NCBI GenBank assembly: GCA_951406725.2
Contig: OX597838.1
Span: 11,718,001-11,782,000, forward strand
Direction: 5' to 3'
Source: Octopus vulgaris
Lineage: Eukaryota
DNA length: 64,000 nucleotides
Notes under the pieces: model-generated
Told to the model about the DNA's origin: nothing
What the model saw: the letters and a program-made list of their open reading frames with translations, nothing else
Database searches by the model: none
Shown here: positions 24,690 to 39,075 of the stretch, in pieces
Position numbering within the stretch: position 1 is the stretch's first letter
Layout of the letters: every line of letters begins with the position of its first letter
Translations under genes and position numbers: made by a program

Positions 24690-25202
24690 CTAGCAGTATC
24701 ACCCGGCGTTGCTCGGGTTTGTAAGGGAAATAACTATATAAGCATTTTTAGAGAGTTACTTCCCTTATAGATGCCAATTCGGGCTTTCTTAGCCATTTCT
24801 GTTTTGGTGTCTTCAAGCCATGAAGTCGTTGTTCTAAAAGAACGCTGGTCTCCTTGACAACGCTTTACGACGTTGGTTTGCTTACACTCCCTTCCCCACA
24901 GCTTCACGAGGGAGGGAAGAAGGGGGAGAAGCAAACAGGTGCAGGTGTGACCATGGACGCCAACTCCGCCGCCATCGACAAACGAAAAATTATGCATTAA
25001 AATGGAATAAAAAATTATGTTAAATTATTTTTAAAATCGTAGACTCATCATAGACGCGCGCTAATACCCAGACGGGCTCGATATGAATCACGACTATAAG
25101 ATACCTGAATTTGGTTAAACTGCACCGCAAAATGTGGGAGTAGTTAGGAATCTAAATCGAAGGGGACAGACACTCACACAACTACAGTTTTATATATATA
25201 GA
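24690..25202 (-). mobile_element. Non-autonomous Helitron
   Basis: On the minus strand: A|TCTATATATA... 5' end, hairpin CCCGAGCAACGCCGGG then CTAG|T 3' end; second copy at 43250-43650. Confidence 0.85.
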
Positions 25203-25456
25203 TTTGTTGGTAAATCCACAAAGGGTAGTACAAAATGAAACTAATAAAAATGAATTTGGTACACTATTTAGCAAAATAAAATGCAATTGAAAAGTAAGAA
25301 AATAGATTTTTACGAGTGTTCAACACCTCAAAGTTATTTATTTCAGAATTTATTTCAGAATTTTTAAAAATTGAATCACAACGTTCATATTCAAGGGGAG
25401 CAACTCCTGTCAAATAGAAAATAACGAAAATAAATATGTAAGGGAAGTAACTCATA

Positions 25457-25502
<46 letters not shown>

Positions 25503-25859
25503 TATAATATTAAATTAGAGATAAAACCACTATTGATTGATTGATTGATTCTAGTTTCAGCTTATGAGCTGTGGCCATGCTGAGGCACCGCCATTTGGTG
25601 TTGCTACTTGGTTTCACTTCACGAAAGCTTTCTAGCAACTGCCATTTGGTGCATGAGAGAGTTCGATGCAGCTGCCCTCATCTGCCCCTCCTGCCGTGAA
25701 GTTGGTTCATCTGGGACACCTGACAGGAAGAGATCCAGCTTCATTTTAAAGACATCTGCATTAGGCAAAACAAACAATGAAAAACTTAAGCCAATACATA
25801 AAATTAATTAATTTATATTATTTTAAATATATATCAAAAGTATTAAAAGTTTAATAAAA

Positions 25860-25948
25860 GATAATATATATATAGCTGTATGTATATATATATATACATA
25901 TATATGTATATGTATACATGTTTATATATGTATATATAGATACATAGG

Positions 25949-26020
<72 letters not shown>

Positions 26021-26244
26021 TATATACGTGTATATATATATATATATACATGTATATTTATACATGTTTATATATGTATATATATGTATATATGTATGTG
26101 TGTGTATATGTGTGTGTTGTGCGTTTAATAGTAGAATAGACGAAGGGAACGCAGCGTAGGAGGAGGTCGTGTATGAGTCGTACGTGGATGCACTGAAGTA
26201 AAACACTTCAGATGTGCGATGCAGGTTCATTCCCCGAACTTCCC

Positions 26245-26282
<38 letters not shown>

Positions 26283-26288
26283 TACCTT

Positions 26289-26343
<55 letters not shown>

Positions 26344-26530
26344 TTGTGTGTGTTTGTGTGTGTGTGGTATGTGCGTGCATGTGTGTGTATAAATGCATGT
26401 ATATATGTATATATATATATATATAAATATTATGAATATGTTTATATGTATATATATATGTATATATGTTTCTATATATATATATATATATAATACACAC
26501 GTACACACGTATATATATATATATATGTTT
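25860..26530. repeat. Complex (TA)n/(TG)n microsatellite field
   Basis: Direct reading. Confidence 0.9.
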
Positions 26531-26783
26531 TAATTACAGGTGAGTGACGTATGCAGAGGGAGGCACTCTCTAACGTAATGAACTATAAAGTAGAAACTAT
26601 TTATATATGGGAATGTTACCTCCATTCTTACACCTGGTCGGCGTTGCTGTTACTTCCTACTACAGCCAACACAATCACCACCACCACCACAACCACCACC
26701 ACCACAACCACCACCACCACCACTATATATACATGTGCATGTATGTATATATAGCCCAGTGGTTATATATATTGTTATATATA

Positions 26784-26853
<70 letters not shown>

Positions 26854-26854
26854 G

Positions 26855-27168
26855 TGGAGGTGCAATGGCCCAGTGGTTAGGGCAGCGGACTCGCGGTCGT
26901 AGGATCGCAGTTTCGATTCCCAGACCGGGCGTTGTGAGTGGTTATTGAGCGAAAACACATGAAAAGCTCCACGAGGCTCCGGCAGCGGGGTGGTGGCGAT
27001 CCCTGCTGTACTCTTTCGCCACAGCTTTCTCTCACTCTTTCTTCTGTTGGCCTGCTCCCTTAGCCAGCGGGGTGGCGTCATTTGAAGGCTAAAACAATGC
27101 GAAGCGCATTGTGACCAGCGATGTGTAGCAACATCTGATAGCCTGGTCGGTCACGGTGATCACGGTGA
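26855..27168 (+). mobile_element. SINE family C, full length
   Basis: tRNA-like head GGCCCAGTGGTTAGGGCAGCGG...GTTTCGATTCCC; tail ending CACGGTGATCACGGTGAT. Confidence 0.88.
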
Positions 27169-27589
27169 TATATATATATATATATATACATATATCTGCG
27201 TGTATGCATCCGTACTTATACGAGTGTGTGTATGTGTGTGCTTAGATGTACACTCACACAAATGCGTGCACGCGTACATACACTACACGAAGGCACGCAG
27301 GCACATACACGCGCTCATACATATACACACACACGTATTCACTTACGCATACACATGCGTGCACACTTTTATCTTCATGTACATATGCACACGAGCGTAC
27401 GCCCACGCGTGCGCATACACAAGTGTGCACGCGTACATACGTGCACATGCACGGGTGTGCACGTATATAGTCGCACATGAGCGCACATATACGCTCGCGT
27501 ACACAGATCCGTGCGCATGCATACAGTGAGCAGATGCATATGCGCGCAATCACGCACATGTGCACGCACATATACTCGTGTGGTCATGT

Positions 27590-28565
27590 ACGATGGCTGA
27601 TGTACAAAGGGTGAGAGTATGCGAATAGACAGGCATAGGGAAGTGTTGGGAAATAGCGATTTGCGGTACTGTTGATGGGGTCAATTTGTGACGGTAACCT
27701 TAGTGCAGGTGCTGCTAGGAGAAGCTGGTACTGAGGAGGCATATCCGGGTAGTCGGCAGCCAGTGACTTAGGTGCGCCAGGTGAATATGGTGATGCCTTG
27801 TTGATCCACTTGAGGCTGGATGTTTCGTGTCGGAGGTCACGAAGTCTCCAGAGAAAGTGCGACAGGTAAGTGGAGTTCTCTCTGTCCCTGGATCTAAATG
27901 AATGCAAGTGCTGGGAATACCTTCCCTTGAAGTTATTGGCTGTCATGCCCGTATAGTGCCTAGTAATGCTATCGGACGGTGTAAGGTTGGCTCCTAGAGG
28001 GCAGGTGGTAGGATTTCGGAAGTTGTAGGTTGGGGTTGGGGGTTGTGTGGGTGCGTTTTTACGTCCGTTGATGTTTGTAATGCTAGATGCGATGTTGTCT
28101 AAGCAGGAGTAGCTTACCTTGACATTATGGAGTTGAAGAGTTTGGGGAATGTTTCTTTATTAACGACAGGATGCCCCTGGCTGAGAGTGTTTAGACACTC
28201 GTTAGCTAACGCCTGAAACCAGGTTTCTAATTACAGTGGGTGGGGCAGTTTGAGCCCTTCTGGATATATACCGTTTCTTCATTAGGCCCCATGTAGGGGT
28301 AGTAGTTGCCCGTATTCAGGTCTAAGGTTACATCCAAGAAATCGACCATAGTCAGGTTGGTAGTAACCGTTATGGACAGGTCGAACTCTTTGAATATTTT
28401 TATCAACTCCTTCCTGAACCTGTCCATGTCGTAGCCATTCATATGGCTTCAGATAGCCTGGTCATCGTCCTTATAGAAGGCCGACCTATGTGGATGGGTA
28501 CGTCTCTTGACGGTATCCAAAATGTATAACCCGACGAGGTCGGCGATTTCAGTCCCATCTAAACA
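27590..28565 (-). mobile_element. Penelope-like element, decayed RT and GIY-YIG (GC-richer copy)
   Basis: DGTEIADLVGLYIL...FYKDD; LIKIFKEFDLSITVTTNLTMVDFLDVTLDLNTGNYYPY; YTGMTANNFKGRYSQHLHSFR...STYLSHFLW.LR. Confidence 0.9.
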
Positions 28566-28816
28566 ATGGACCGCAGCCATGCAAAGGCACCACTTGAAAG
28601 GGTCAACCAAATCATTCCCAGCACTTACTTAAATCTGGTATTTATTCTACTAGTTTCTTTTGCCAAATCTTTTGGGTACTTTTAGCTAATTGAAAGCCAC
28701 AGACATACTGGTGTAGCTTTAGTTAAGCTATGCATAAAAATAACCACAGAGTGTATCGAAGTATCGTTTATTTCACTTCAGTCATCTAAACTGGCTAACA
28801 TATGTAAATTTATAAC

Positions 28817-29155
28817 GCGTATCCTCAGTATATCACGGGTTTTTGCGGCCGGTGGCAACATAAGCATTTTCACGTCTAAAAATTAATAAAACGATTAATT
28901 AAAATACAGTTGAGTACTGTATAATACATTAATTAAAATATATTAAAAGAAAATACGCAGTGTACCGTAGACGAGTAAATAAAGTCGGGAGGCGAGTGTG
29001 TGGTGTTGTTTTGCATTTATATTAAAATAAATATATACAAATTATACAAATGATAAAAATATATACAGTACAATACTGTTTCTACTTCGCGGATTTTCAC
29101 TTGTCGCGAGTGGTTTTCGAACGTAACACCCGCGATAATCAAGGGATTAGTGTAT
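28817..29155. mobile_element. pogo/Tigger-like MITE remnant
   Basis: Right end CCCGCGATAATCAAGGGATTAGTGTA resembles the reverse of TACAGTAATCCCTCG.TATCGCG ends; left end degenerate. Confidence 0.45.
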
Positions 29156-29184
29156 ATCTTTGCCTTTAGGTTGTAAAATTGCGA

Positions 29185-29197
29185 ATTAGCCACACAA

Positions 29198-29262
<65 letters not shown>

Positions 29263-29282
29263 CCTACCTACCTATCTATCTA

Positions 29283-29315
<33 letters not shown>

Positions 29316-29368
29316 GTATGTATGTATGTATGTATGTATGTATGTATGTATGTATGTATGTATTTATG

Positions 29369-29430
<62 letters not shown>

Positions 29431-29822
29431 ACATATAACAATATTGACCAAGGTTACCGTGGTCTTTTTCGTAGGCTTTTCTTCCCACGGATAAACCTTA
29501 CTTGCTTTCCCCTTTACACCATACATCATAACACTGTGATACACGATCCCTATTGATCGTTTTTTTTCCTCTTCCCCTTTTTCCTCTTTTTTCTTCTTTT
29601 TTCATTTTTCTTTTCTTTTGTTACTTTTCCTTTTTTCTTTTTTTCTTTTCTTTTCTTTTTGTTCTTTTTTTCCCTTTTACGATCCCTTTTGATCGAAAAC
29701 CTACGCCACCTTTTTTTGTTTCTTTTGTTTTTTGTTTTTTGTTTTTTTCATCCCCCCAAAGAAAAGCTCTACCCTGTAACTTGTCCCATCTGTGTGCAGC
29801 CCTGTGTGGCCAATAAAGAAAC

Positions 29823-29904
<82 letters not shown>

Positions 29905-30015
29905 GTCTATCTATCTATCTATCTATCTATCTCTCTATCTATCTATCTATCTATATGTCTATATCTATCCATCCATCTATCTATATGTCTATATCTATCT
30001 ATCTATCTATCTATC
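29185..30015. repeat. (TCTA)n/(TATG)n arrays flanking a T-rich repeat fragment
   Basis: Direct reading. Confidence 0.85.
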
Positions 30016-30050
30016 AGTATTAATAATAATGAGTATGGAGATTGTACATC

Positions 30051-30111
<61 letters not shown>

Positions 30112-30125
30112 AAACATATATATGT

Positions 30126-30173
<48 letters not shown>

Positions 30174-30776
30174 TAAATATGTATATTGTGTATACATATT
30201 TATATATTGTTAAATGGCTATATATGAACATACATATATATGCAAGCGCGCGCGCACACGCAGATAAAAGCAGGGAAATTACGTACGTCGATGTACGTAG
30301 GCGTATTGCGGTGTGAATGAAGGCGTACACGTGCGTGTGTACGCTTGTGCATGCATGTATTTACGCGCATTTGTGCATGTGTGCATGTGTGACTATATGT
30401 ATGTATGTGTGCGTTTGTGTGTGCATGTGTGTGCGCGCACGTGTGTGTCTGTGTGCTTATCTGTGAGTGTGTGCTGGACGTGTAGGTGAGATGTGAAATA
30501 TTGCAGCGATCCTGTGCGATATTTCAACGTAGATAGTTATAAATATAGAATCCTTCACCGCGCAATGTTGTAGTGGACAGCGATAGGAGAAGGTCAAATG
30601 ATTATGATGGCGAGATCTATCAGGCCACGAGTCTTTTTCCTGCATCCTCTTGTCATCTTTATTTATATTCTCAATGACACCCGTATTCTTCTGCTTTAGA
30701 TGTATTCTTACTTGTATGCGTGTGGCGTATGGGTGTGTGTCTATACATATACATATATATATGTTTATGTATATAT

Positions 30777-30919
<143 letters not shown>

Positions 30920-31254
30920 TATACATGCATATATATATATACTCATATATGTATATATATATATATATATATATAAAATACATACATATATGTATATGTA
31001 TGTATCTATATATATGCATATACATATATTTATCTATATATACGTGTATACTTGGGTATATATATGTATACATACATTGTATATGATATATATACGCATA
31101 TATATATTTATGTATATATATATATATATATGTGTATGTGTGTGTATACAGATATATGTATATACATATATATAAAATATGCGAGGAGCGTTCGTTAGGG
31201 TGACACAGACTAATAGGCATGCATTCCGAGTGCTCAATGTGGTATGCCACTAAA

Positions 31255-31311
<57 letters not shown>

Positions 31312-31636
31312 TGTTAATGTATGTATTTATGTATATTTACGTGTGTATGTGTGTGTGTGTGTGTCAGTCATTTGACTGCGGCCATGATGGAGCAGTGCGT
31401 TAATGGGTTTAGTCGAACAAATCGAACCCAGGACTTATTCCTAGTACTTATTTGATTAGTTTCTTTTGCTGAACTGCTAAGTTACAGTGACGTGAACACA
31501 CCAGCATTGGTTGTCAAATGGTGGTGGGAGTACAAAACACACACGTACACATAAATATATCTACATATGTATATATAGAAAGATATATATGCATACACAA
31601 CACACACATATATGTATATATATAAGACGTAATTAC

Positions 31637-31796
<160 letters not shown>

Positions 31797-31817
31797 CAAT
31801 ATAAATAATATAATAAA

Positions 31818-33250
31818 TACGTTGGAATGACTTATGAAGTTAATGTAGTTAAAACGGCTAGGAAATCGTTGATTAAATATAATAATAAATTGTGGGCTAG
31901 GAATGATACAAGTGACTATTTTGATATACCTATGGGGGCATCCGATTCTGCACAGGCAACTGATTTAGTAGGTATTTATTTATTATCGGAACCTAGAATT
32001 ATATAAGAAGAAACTATATAATTAAAAAAAAATATGGATCAAGTATTACTATATATAATGAGAACTATAATGTTAATTATTTAGATGCTAATTTTAATTT
32101 AATAGCAGGTAAAACCCAACCATTCCATAAAATTAATGAAAACCTTAGATATATTAATGCTAATAGTAATCATCCACCGTCAATTAAGAAATCGTTGACA
32201 GATCATATAAGTAAAAGAATATCGTTGCTTTTTTCTAATTTTGAGATTTTTCAAAAACACGCACCTTATTATAATGAAGCCCTGCGGGAGGCGGGATATA
32301 ATGATAATATTAAATTCTTTAATAATTCTAAATATAATTATAATATAAAAGATTATAATATAAATGATCCAATATTTTTTATAATAAAGAACCTAACATT
32401 AAGAACTATGATAAGTTTTATTTAGGTACTTATGGTATTAATAATAGGTATTATGATAATACAAAACATAAATATAATAACAGATTAAAAAATAAGATTA
32501 AATTTAATTCATTTAACGATAATAATAAATTTAATAATATAAAAAATAAATATAATAATATGAATAATAAGAACAAAATTATTCCTTATGGAGCTCAAGT
32601 TAAAACAAACATTATTAAAGAGATTTTAAATATAATTGAAGTATTCATTAGAGATAATAAAAAATATAACATTTTTTCTAGTAATAATTTTGGAGTTGGT
32701 TGTTCTACAACTAATAATATTGGTAGCATTATTTCTTCTTTTAATAAATTTAAGCTGAATAAGTTTTACAAAAACAAATCAAATAATTATTCTAATAATA
32801 ATAAAGACCAGAATATATTAATTGTACATGTAAAGATAAGACTAAATGTAAATTTAATAATGAATGTAATTTCGTTGATGTAGTATATAAATGTGTAGTG
32901 ACTTTGATTGATGATAATAGTAGGAATGGTTATAATTTAAATGCGATTTATATAGGGTCGACTTCTAATAAAATTAAATTAAGGGTGGCTCAACACATGA
33001 ATTCTTGTAAGAATAGGAAATTAATTAATTCTACTGACCTTAGTAAATATATTTGGGAACTAAAATCTGAACAAATTAAGTACAAATTAAATTGGGAGAT
33101 AGTTTGTAAGGCAGAATCTTATCGAATAGGTAGTAATTTTTGTTTATTATTTACTAATGAATTTAAGGAGATATTATTAACTAATGATAAAAAATTGGTT
33201 AACCCCTAAATGAGCGAAAAATTAAATGCAGACATAAGTTAAATTACTTA
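31818..33250 (+). mobile_element. Very AT-rich Penelope-like element, decayed RT and GIY-YIG
   Basis: FDIPMGASDSAQATDLVGIYLL; YINANSNHPPSIKKSL...YYNEALREAGY; IYIGSTSNKIKLRVAQHMNS...STDLSKYIWELK...NWEIVCKA; several stops and frameshifts. Confidence 0.9.
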
Positions 33251-33743
33251 TATAATAAATTTAGCTAATTTGTATTTATATATATAAACCCTATTTTATG
33301 TTAATAATTGTTGTAGTTATAATTTGTAGTAGTATAATGTGTATAAATTAGCACGAGATTATATAGTGTATATTACATAATTAGAATAAGACTAAACTTA
33401 GATGTTTATAAAATGAATATATAAATTAAGGGAAATAGATTAATTTATAGAAATTTAGCTTAATTTATGTATATTATGTATTTTAGGCATTTACTGGAAA
33501 ACTTTAAAGTCTAAATAATTTCAAACAATTGTTGTACCTGTTGTATTTCCTGTGAATTGGTGGATATTAGAGGTTTTTACGACTCTGATTTTTACAACAA
33601 TGCCGGCATCTCGTGTTGCCCTCAATTATAAAATTACAAAATTATGAAATTTTGAATTTGCCATTTATCGGTTTTTGCTTGGTGGCCACTTATATTATTG
33701 TTGTTATAATATGATCTGTATGAATATTTTTTGAATATTCATT

Positions 33744-33786
<43 letters not shown>

Positions 33787-33987
33787 GCGCACAAACGCAC
33801 GCGCGCACACACATACACACACGCACACACATGCACACACACGCACACATGTATGGTGGTTGTCTACTCCTTATGTATACACACACACACATATAATGTG
33901 TATATGTGCAAAACACAGCACGCACACACACACAAATGTATGGTGGTTGTCTACTGTTTATGTATATATATATATATGCACACACAA

Positions 33988-34037
<50 letters not shown>

Positions 34038-34504
34038 GCACACATATATATATATATATATTGTGTATATGTGCAAAATACAGCAAAAACACACACACAC
34101 ACAAATAGATGGAAAATAAAGACAACTGCTTAAGCAGTTTTGTAAAAATGAATTCACAATAGAAAAAGCCGTTGTCATAATATGTCAGCGATTGCAGAAA
34201 GTAATGAAAACAGAAACCGGATGATTATTGGCGGCCAAAGAAAATAAATTTGTGTAAAGGAGAGACGAGAAAGGAACGGGGGAGAGGTTGAAGAGGGAAA
34301 ATAACAGGGACAGGGTGAAAGAGAGAGAGAGGGGGAGAGAGAGATAAAGAGAGGTGGAGAGAGAGAAAGCGGAACATTGGTATTGCAACGGCCATTGTAC
34401 GAAGTCTGGTGGTGGTGATGGTGGACTTGAGAATATGTATCTGTGTGTGGTGCGTGTCGGGTAAAGTAGGGCAAGACATTTCTCCAGTGGTAGTGGTGAT
34501 GGTG

Positions 34505-35263
34505 CGAGCTGGCAGAAACGTTATCACGCCGGGCGAAATGCTTAGTGGTATTTTCGTCTGCCGTTACGTTCTGAGTTCAAATTCCGCCGAGGTAGACTTT
34601 GCCTTTCATCCTTTCGGGGTCGATAAATAAAGTACCAGTTACGCACTGGGGTCGATGTAATCGACTTAATCCGTGTGTCTGTCCTTGTTTGGGTAGTAAA
34701 GAAATAGGTATTTCGTCTGCCGTTACGTTCTGAGTTCAAATTCCGCGGAGGTCGACTTTGCCTTTCATCCTTTCGGGGTCGATAAATAAAGTACCAGTTG
34801 CGCACTGGGGTCGATGTAATCGACTTAATCCGTTTGTCTGTCCTTGTTTGTCCCTTCTATTTTTAACTCCTTGTGAGCAATAAAGAAATAGGTATTTCGT
34901 CTGTCTTTATGTTCTGAGTTCAAATTCCGCCGAGGTCGACTTTGCCTTTCATCCTTTCGGGGTCGATAAATAAAGTACCAGTTGCGCACTGGCTGGGGTC
35001 GATGTAATCGACTTAATCCCTTTGTCTGTTCTTGTTTGTCCCCTCTATTTTTAACCCCTTGTGGGCAATAAAGAAACAGGTATTTCGTCTGCCGTTACGT
35101 TCTGAGTTCAAATTCCGCGGAGGTCGACTTTGCCTTTCATCCTTTCGGGGTCGATAAATTAAGTACCAGTTGCGCACTGGGGTCGATGTAATCGACTTAA
35201 TCCGTTTGTCTGTCCTTGTTTGTCCCTTCTATTTTTAACTCCTTGTGAGCAATAAAGAAATAG
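34505..35263 (+). mobile_element. Tandem array of SINE family B: one headed copy plus three headless copies
   Basis: Units restart at GTATTTCGTC at 34708, 34892 and 35080, each directly after AAGAAA(T/C)AG. Confidence 0.9.
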
Positions 35264-35589
35264 GTAGTGGTGATGGTGACGTTTGTGATGCTGATGGTGA
35301 TGATGGTGATGGTGATGGAGATGGAGTGGTAGTGAGAGGTGGTGATGGCGTTGGGGATGGTGGTGATGGTGATGGTGATGAAGGTGATGGTGGTGGTGAT
35401 GGTGATGATAGTGATGGTGATGCTGGTGATGAAGGTAATGGTTGTTGTGATGGTGATGATGTGTGTGAGTGTGTGTGTGTGTAAATATGAGTCGGGATGG
35501 GGGAAGAGAATTCTGGTGGTGGTGGTGGTGGTGGTGTTGATAATGATATAAGACCGCGTGTGTGCATATGCGTGTATATGTGCACGTAT

Positions 35590-35783
35590 GTATGTGTGTG
35601 TTTGTGTTTATGTCTTTGCTGTGTGTTTGTATGTACGTATGTATGTATGTATGTATGTATGTATGTATGTATGTATGTATGTATGTATGTATGTATGTAT
35701 GTATGTATGTATGTATGTATGTATGTATGTGTGTGTGTATGTATGTTTGTATGTATGTATGTGTGTGTGTATGTATGTATGTA

Positions 35784-35816
<33 letters not shown>

Positions 35817-35885
35817 ATGTATGTATGTATGTATGTATGTATGTGTGTATGTATGCATGTATGTATGTATGTATGTATGTATGTA

Positions 35886-35918
<33 letters not shown>

Positions 35919-35923
35919 ATGTA

Positions 35924-35958
<35 letters not shown>

Positions 35959-36015
35959 ATGTATGTATGTATGTATGTATGTATGTATGCATGTATGTAT
36001 GTATGTATGTATGTA

Positions 36016-36046
<31 letters not shown>

Positions 36047-36091
36047 ATGTATGTATGTATGTATGTATGTGTGTGTGTATGTATGTATGTA

Positions 36092-36122
<31 letters not shown>

Positions 36123-36265
36123 ATGTATGTATGTATGTATGTATGTGTGTGTATGTGTGTGTGTATGTATGTATGTATGTATGTATGTATGTATGTATGT
36201 ATGTATGTATGTATGTATGTATGTATGTATGTATGTATGTATGTGTGTGTGTATGTATGTATGTA

Positions 36266-36298
<33 letters not shown>

Positions 36299-36387
36299 AT
36301 GTATGTATGCATGTGTGTATGTATGTATGTATGTATGTATGTATGTATGTATGTATGCATGCATGCATGCATGTATGTATGTATGTA

Positions 36388-36424
<37 letters not shown>

Positions 36425-38099
36425 ATGTATGTATGTATGTATGTATGTATGTATGTATGTATGTATGTATGTATGTATGTATGTATGTATGTATGTATGT
36501 ATGTATGTATGTATGTATGCATGTATGTATTATGTATGTATGTATGCATGTATGTATGTATGTATGTATGTATGTATGCATGTATGTATGTATGTATGTA
36601 TGTATGTATGTATGTATGTATGTATGTATGTATGTATGTATGTATGTATGTATGTATGTATGTATGTATGTATGTATGTATATATGTATGCATGTATGTA
36701 TGTATGTATGCATGTATGTATGTATATGCATGTATGTATGTATGTATGTATGTATGTATGCATGTACGTATGTATGTATGTATGTATATATGTATGCATG
36801 TATGTATGTATGTATGTATATATGTATGCATGTGTGTATGTATGTATGTTTGTATGTATGTATGTATGTATGTATGTATGTATGTATGCATATACGTATG
36901 TATGTATGTATGTATATATGTATGCATGTATGTATGTATGTATGTATATATGTATGTATGTATGTATGTGTGTGTGTATGTTTGTATGTATGTATGTATG
37001 TATGTATATATGTATGCATCTATGTATGTATGTATGTATGTATGTATGTATGTATGTATGTATGTATGTATGTATGTATGTATGTATGTATGTATGTATG
37101 TATGTATGTATGTATGTATGTATGTATGTATGTATGTATGTATGTATGTATGTATGTATGTATGTATGTATGTATGTATGTATGTTTGTATGTATGTTTG
37201 TATGTATGTATGTATGTATGTATGTATGTATGTATGTATGTGTGTATGTATGTATGTATGTGTGTGTGTATGTATGTATGTATGTATGTATGTATGTATG
37301 TATGTATGTATGTATGTGTGTATGTATGTATGTATGTATGTATGTATGTATGTATGTATGTATGTATGTGTGTGTGTATGTATGTTTGTATGTATGTTTG
37401 TATGTATGTATGTATGTATGTATGTATGTATGTATGTGTGTGTGTATGTATGTATGTATGTATGTATGTATGTATGTATGTATGTATGTATGTATGTATG
37501 TATGTATGTATGTATGTATGTATGTATGTATGTATGTATGTATGTATGTATGTATGTATGTATGTATGTATGTATGTATGTATGTTTGTATGTATGTATG
37601 TATGTATGTATGTATGTATGTATGTATGTATGAATGTATGTATGTATGTATGTATGTATGTATGTGTGTATGTATGTATGTATGTATGTATGTATGTATG
37701 TGTGTGTGTATGTATGTATGTATGTATGTATGTATGTATGTATGTATGTATGTATGTATGTATGTATGTATGTATGTATGTATGTGTGTATGTATGTATG
37801 TATGTATGTATGTATGTATGTATGTATGTATGTATGTATGTATGTATGTATGTATGTATGTATGTATGTATGTATGTATGTATGTATGTATGTATGATGT
37901 ATGTATGTATGTATGTATGTATGTATGTATGTATGTATGTATGTATGTATGTATGTATGTATGTATGTATGAATGTATGTATGTATGAATGTATGTATGA
38001 ATGTATGTATGTATGTATGTATGTATGTATGTATGTATGTATGTATGTATGTATGTATGTATGTATGTATGTATGTATGTATGTATGAATGTATGTATG

Positions 38100-38130
<31 letters not shown>

Positions 38131-38208
38131 TGTATGTATGTATGTATGTATGTATGTATGTATGTATGTATGTATGTATGTATGTATGAATGTATGTATG
38201 TATGTGTG
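35590..38208. repeat. About 2.6-kb (TATG)n microsatellite with TG and CATG interruptions
   Basis: Direct reading; gives the spurious 400-860 aa MYVC/HTYI ORFs. Confidence 0.97.
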
Positions 38209-38489
38209 TGCGTGTTTGTAGTGATAAATGTCGGGTGGAGGGAAGACGGAGGGAAAAGATGTTGGTTTGGAATCAAAACAAAGGCACGGAACGTTAAATT
38301 ATGGGCGAAGTTACGAGCTGAAGGAAAGTTTGTGAGTGGAAGGGTGGGGGTAGGGGTGGGGGGATGGAAACGAGGAAAGAATAAGGAAGGAAAAAAACTG
38401 TTTAGGGAAGGAAAGTGAATGAGGAAATAGGAAAAATTATATGAAAACATTGAGGTTGTTTGTATTAGATTATTGTAGTTGTAGGAGGA

Positions 38490-38801
38490 ACAGAGAGTAG
38501 GAGGGAGAGAGGGGGAGAGTGAGGGAGGGAGAGTGGGAAAGTGAGTGGGAGAGAGAGTGGGAGGGAGAGTGGGGGAGAGTGAGGGAGGGAGAGTGAGTGA
38601 GGGAGAATAGGAGAGAGAGGGAGAGGGAGAGTGGGGGAGAGTGAGGGAGGGAGAGTGAGTGAGTGAGGGAGAGTGGGAGAGAGAGTGGGAGGGAGAGTGA
38701 GTGAGGGAGAGTAGGAGAGAGAGGGCAGGGAGAGTGGGGGAGAGTGGGGGAGAGTGGGGGAGAGTGGGGGAGAGTGGGGGAGAGTGAGGGAGGGAGAGTG
38801 G

Positions 38802-38830
<29 letters not shown>
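38490..38830. repeat. Purine-rich (GGGAGAGT-like) degenerate tandem repeat
   Basis: Direct reading; homopurine strand with G-runs. Confidence 0.85.
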
Positions 38831-38834
<4 letters not shown>

Positions 38835-39075
38835 GTGAAGGGGAAGAAAAGGGAAGAGTGTAGAGAGAGAAGGAAGAGTAAGGGGTATGAATGAGAAAAG
38901 GTAGTGTGAGGGAAGAGTAAAGGGAGAGCGATGGAAAGACCGTGGGAGAGATTAGCACAAGACATTAGTATTTGTTATTAATTCAATTCATTTGTTGTAT
39001 CCAATTGAAATAGCCTTCATTTTATAAGCATTATTTTTGTATCATATTTAACGTCAATGCACCGTTGACAGATAT

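Noticed and set aside
26860-26935. tRNA gene
   Set aside because: The tRNA-like head continues into a SINE body found in three copies; the acceptor stem is not convincingly paired.
35159-38450. Very long ORFs (401-863 aa) on both strands
   Set aside because: Translations of (TATG)n/(CATA)n, which lack stops in most frames; no coding complexity.
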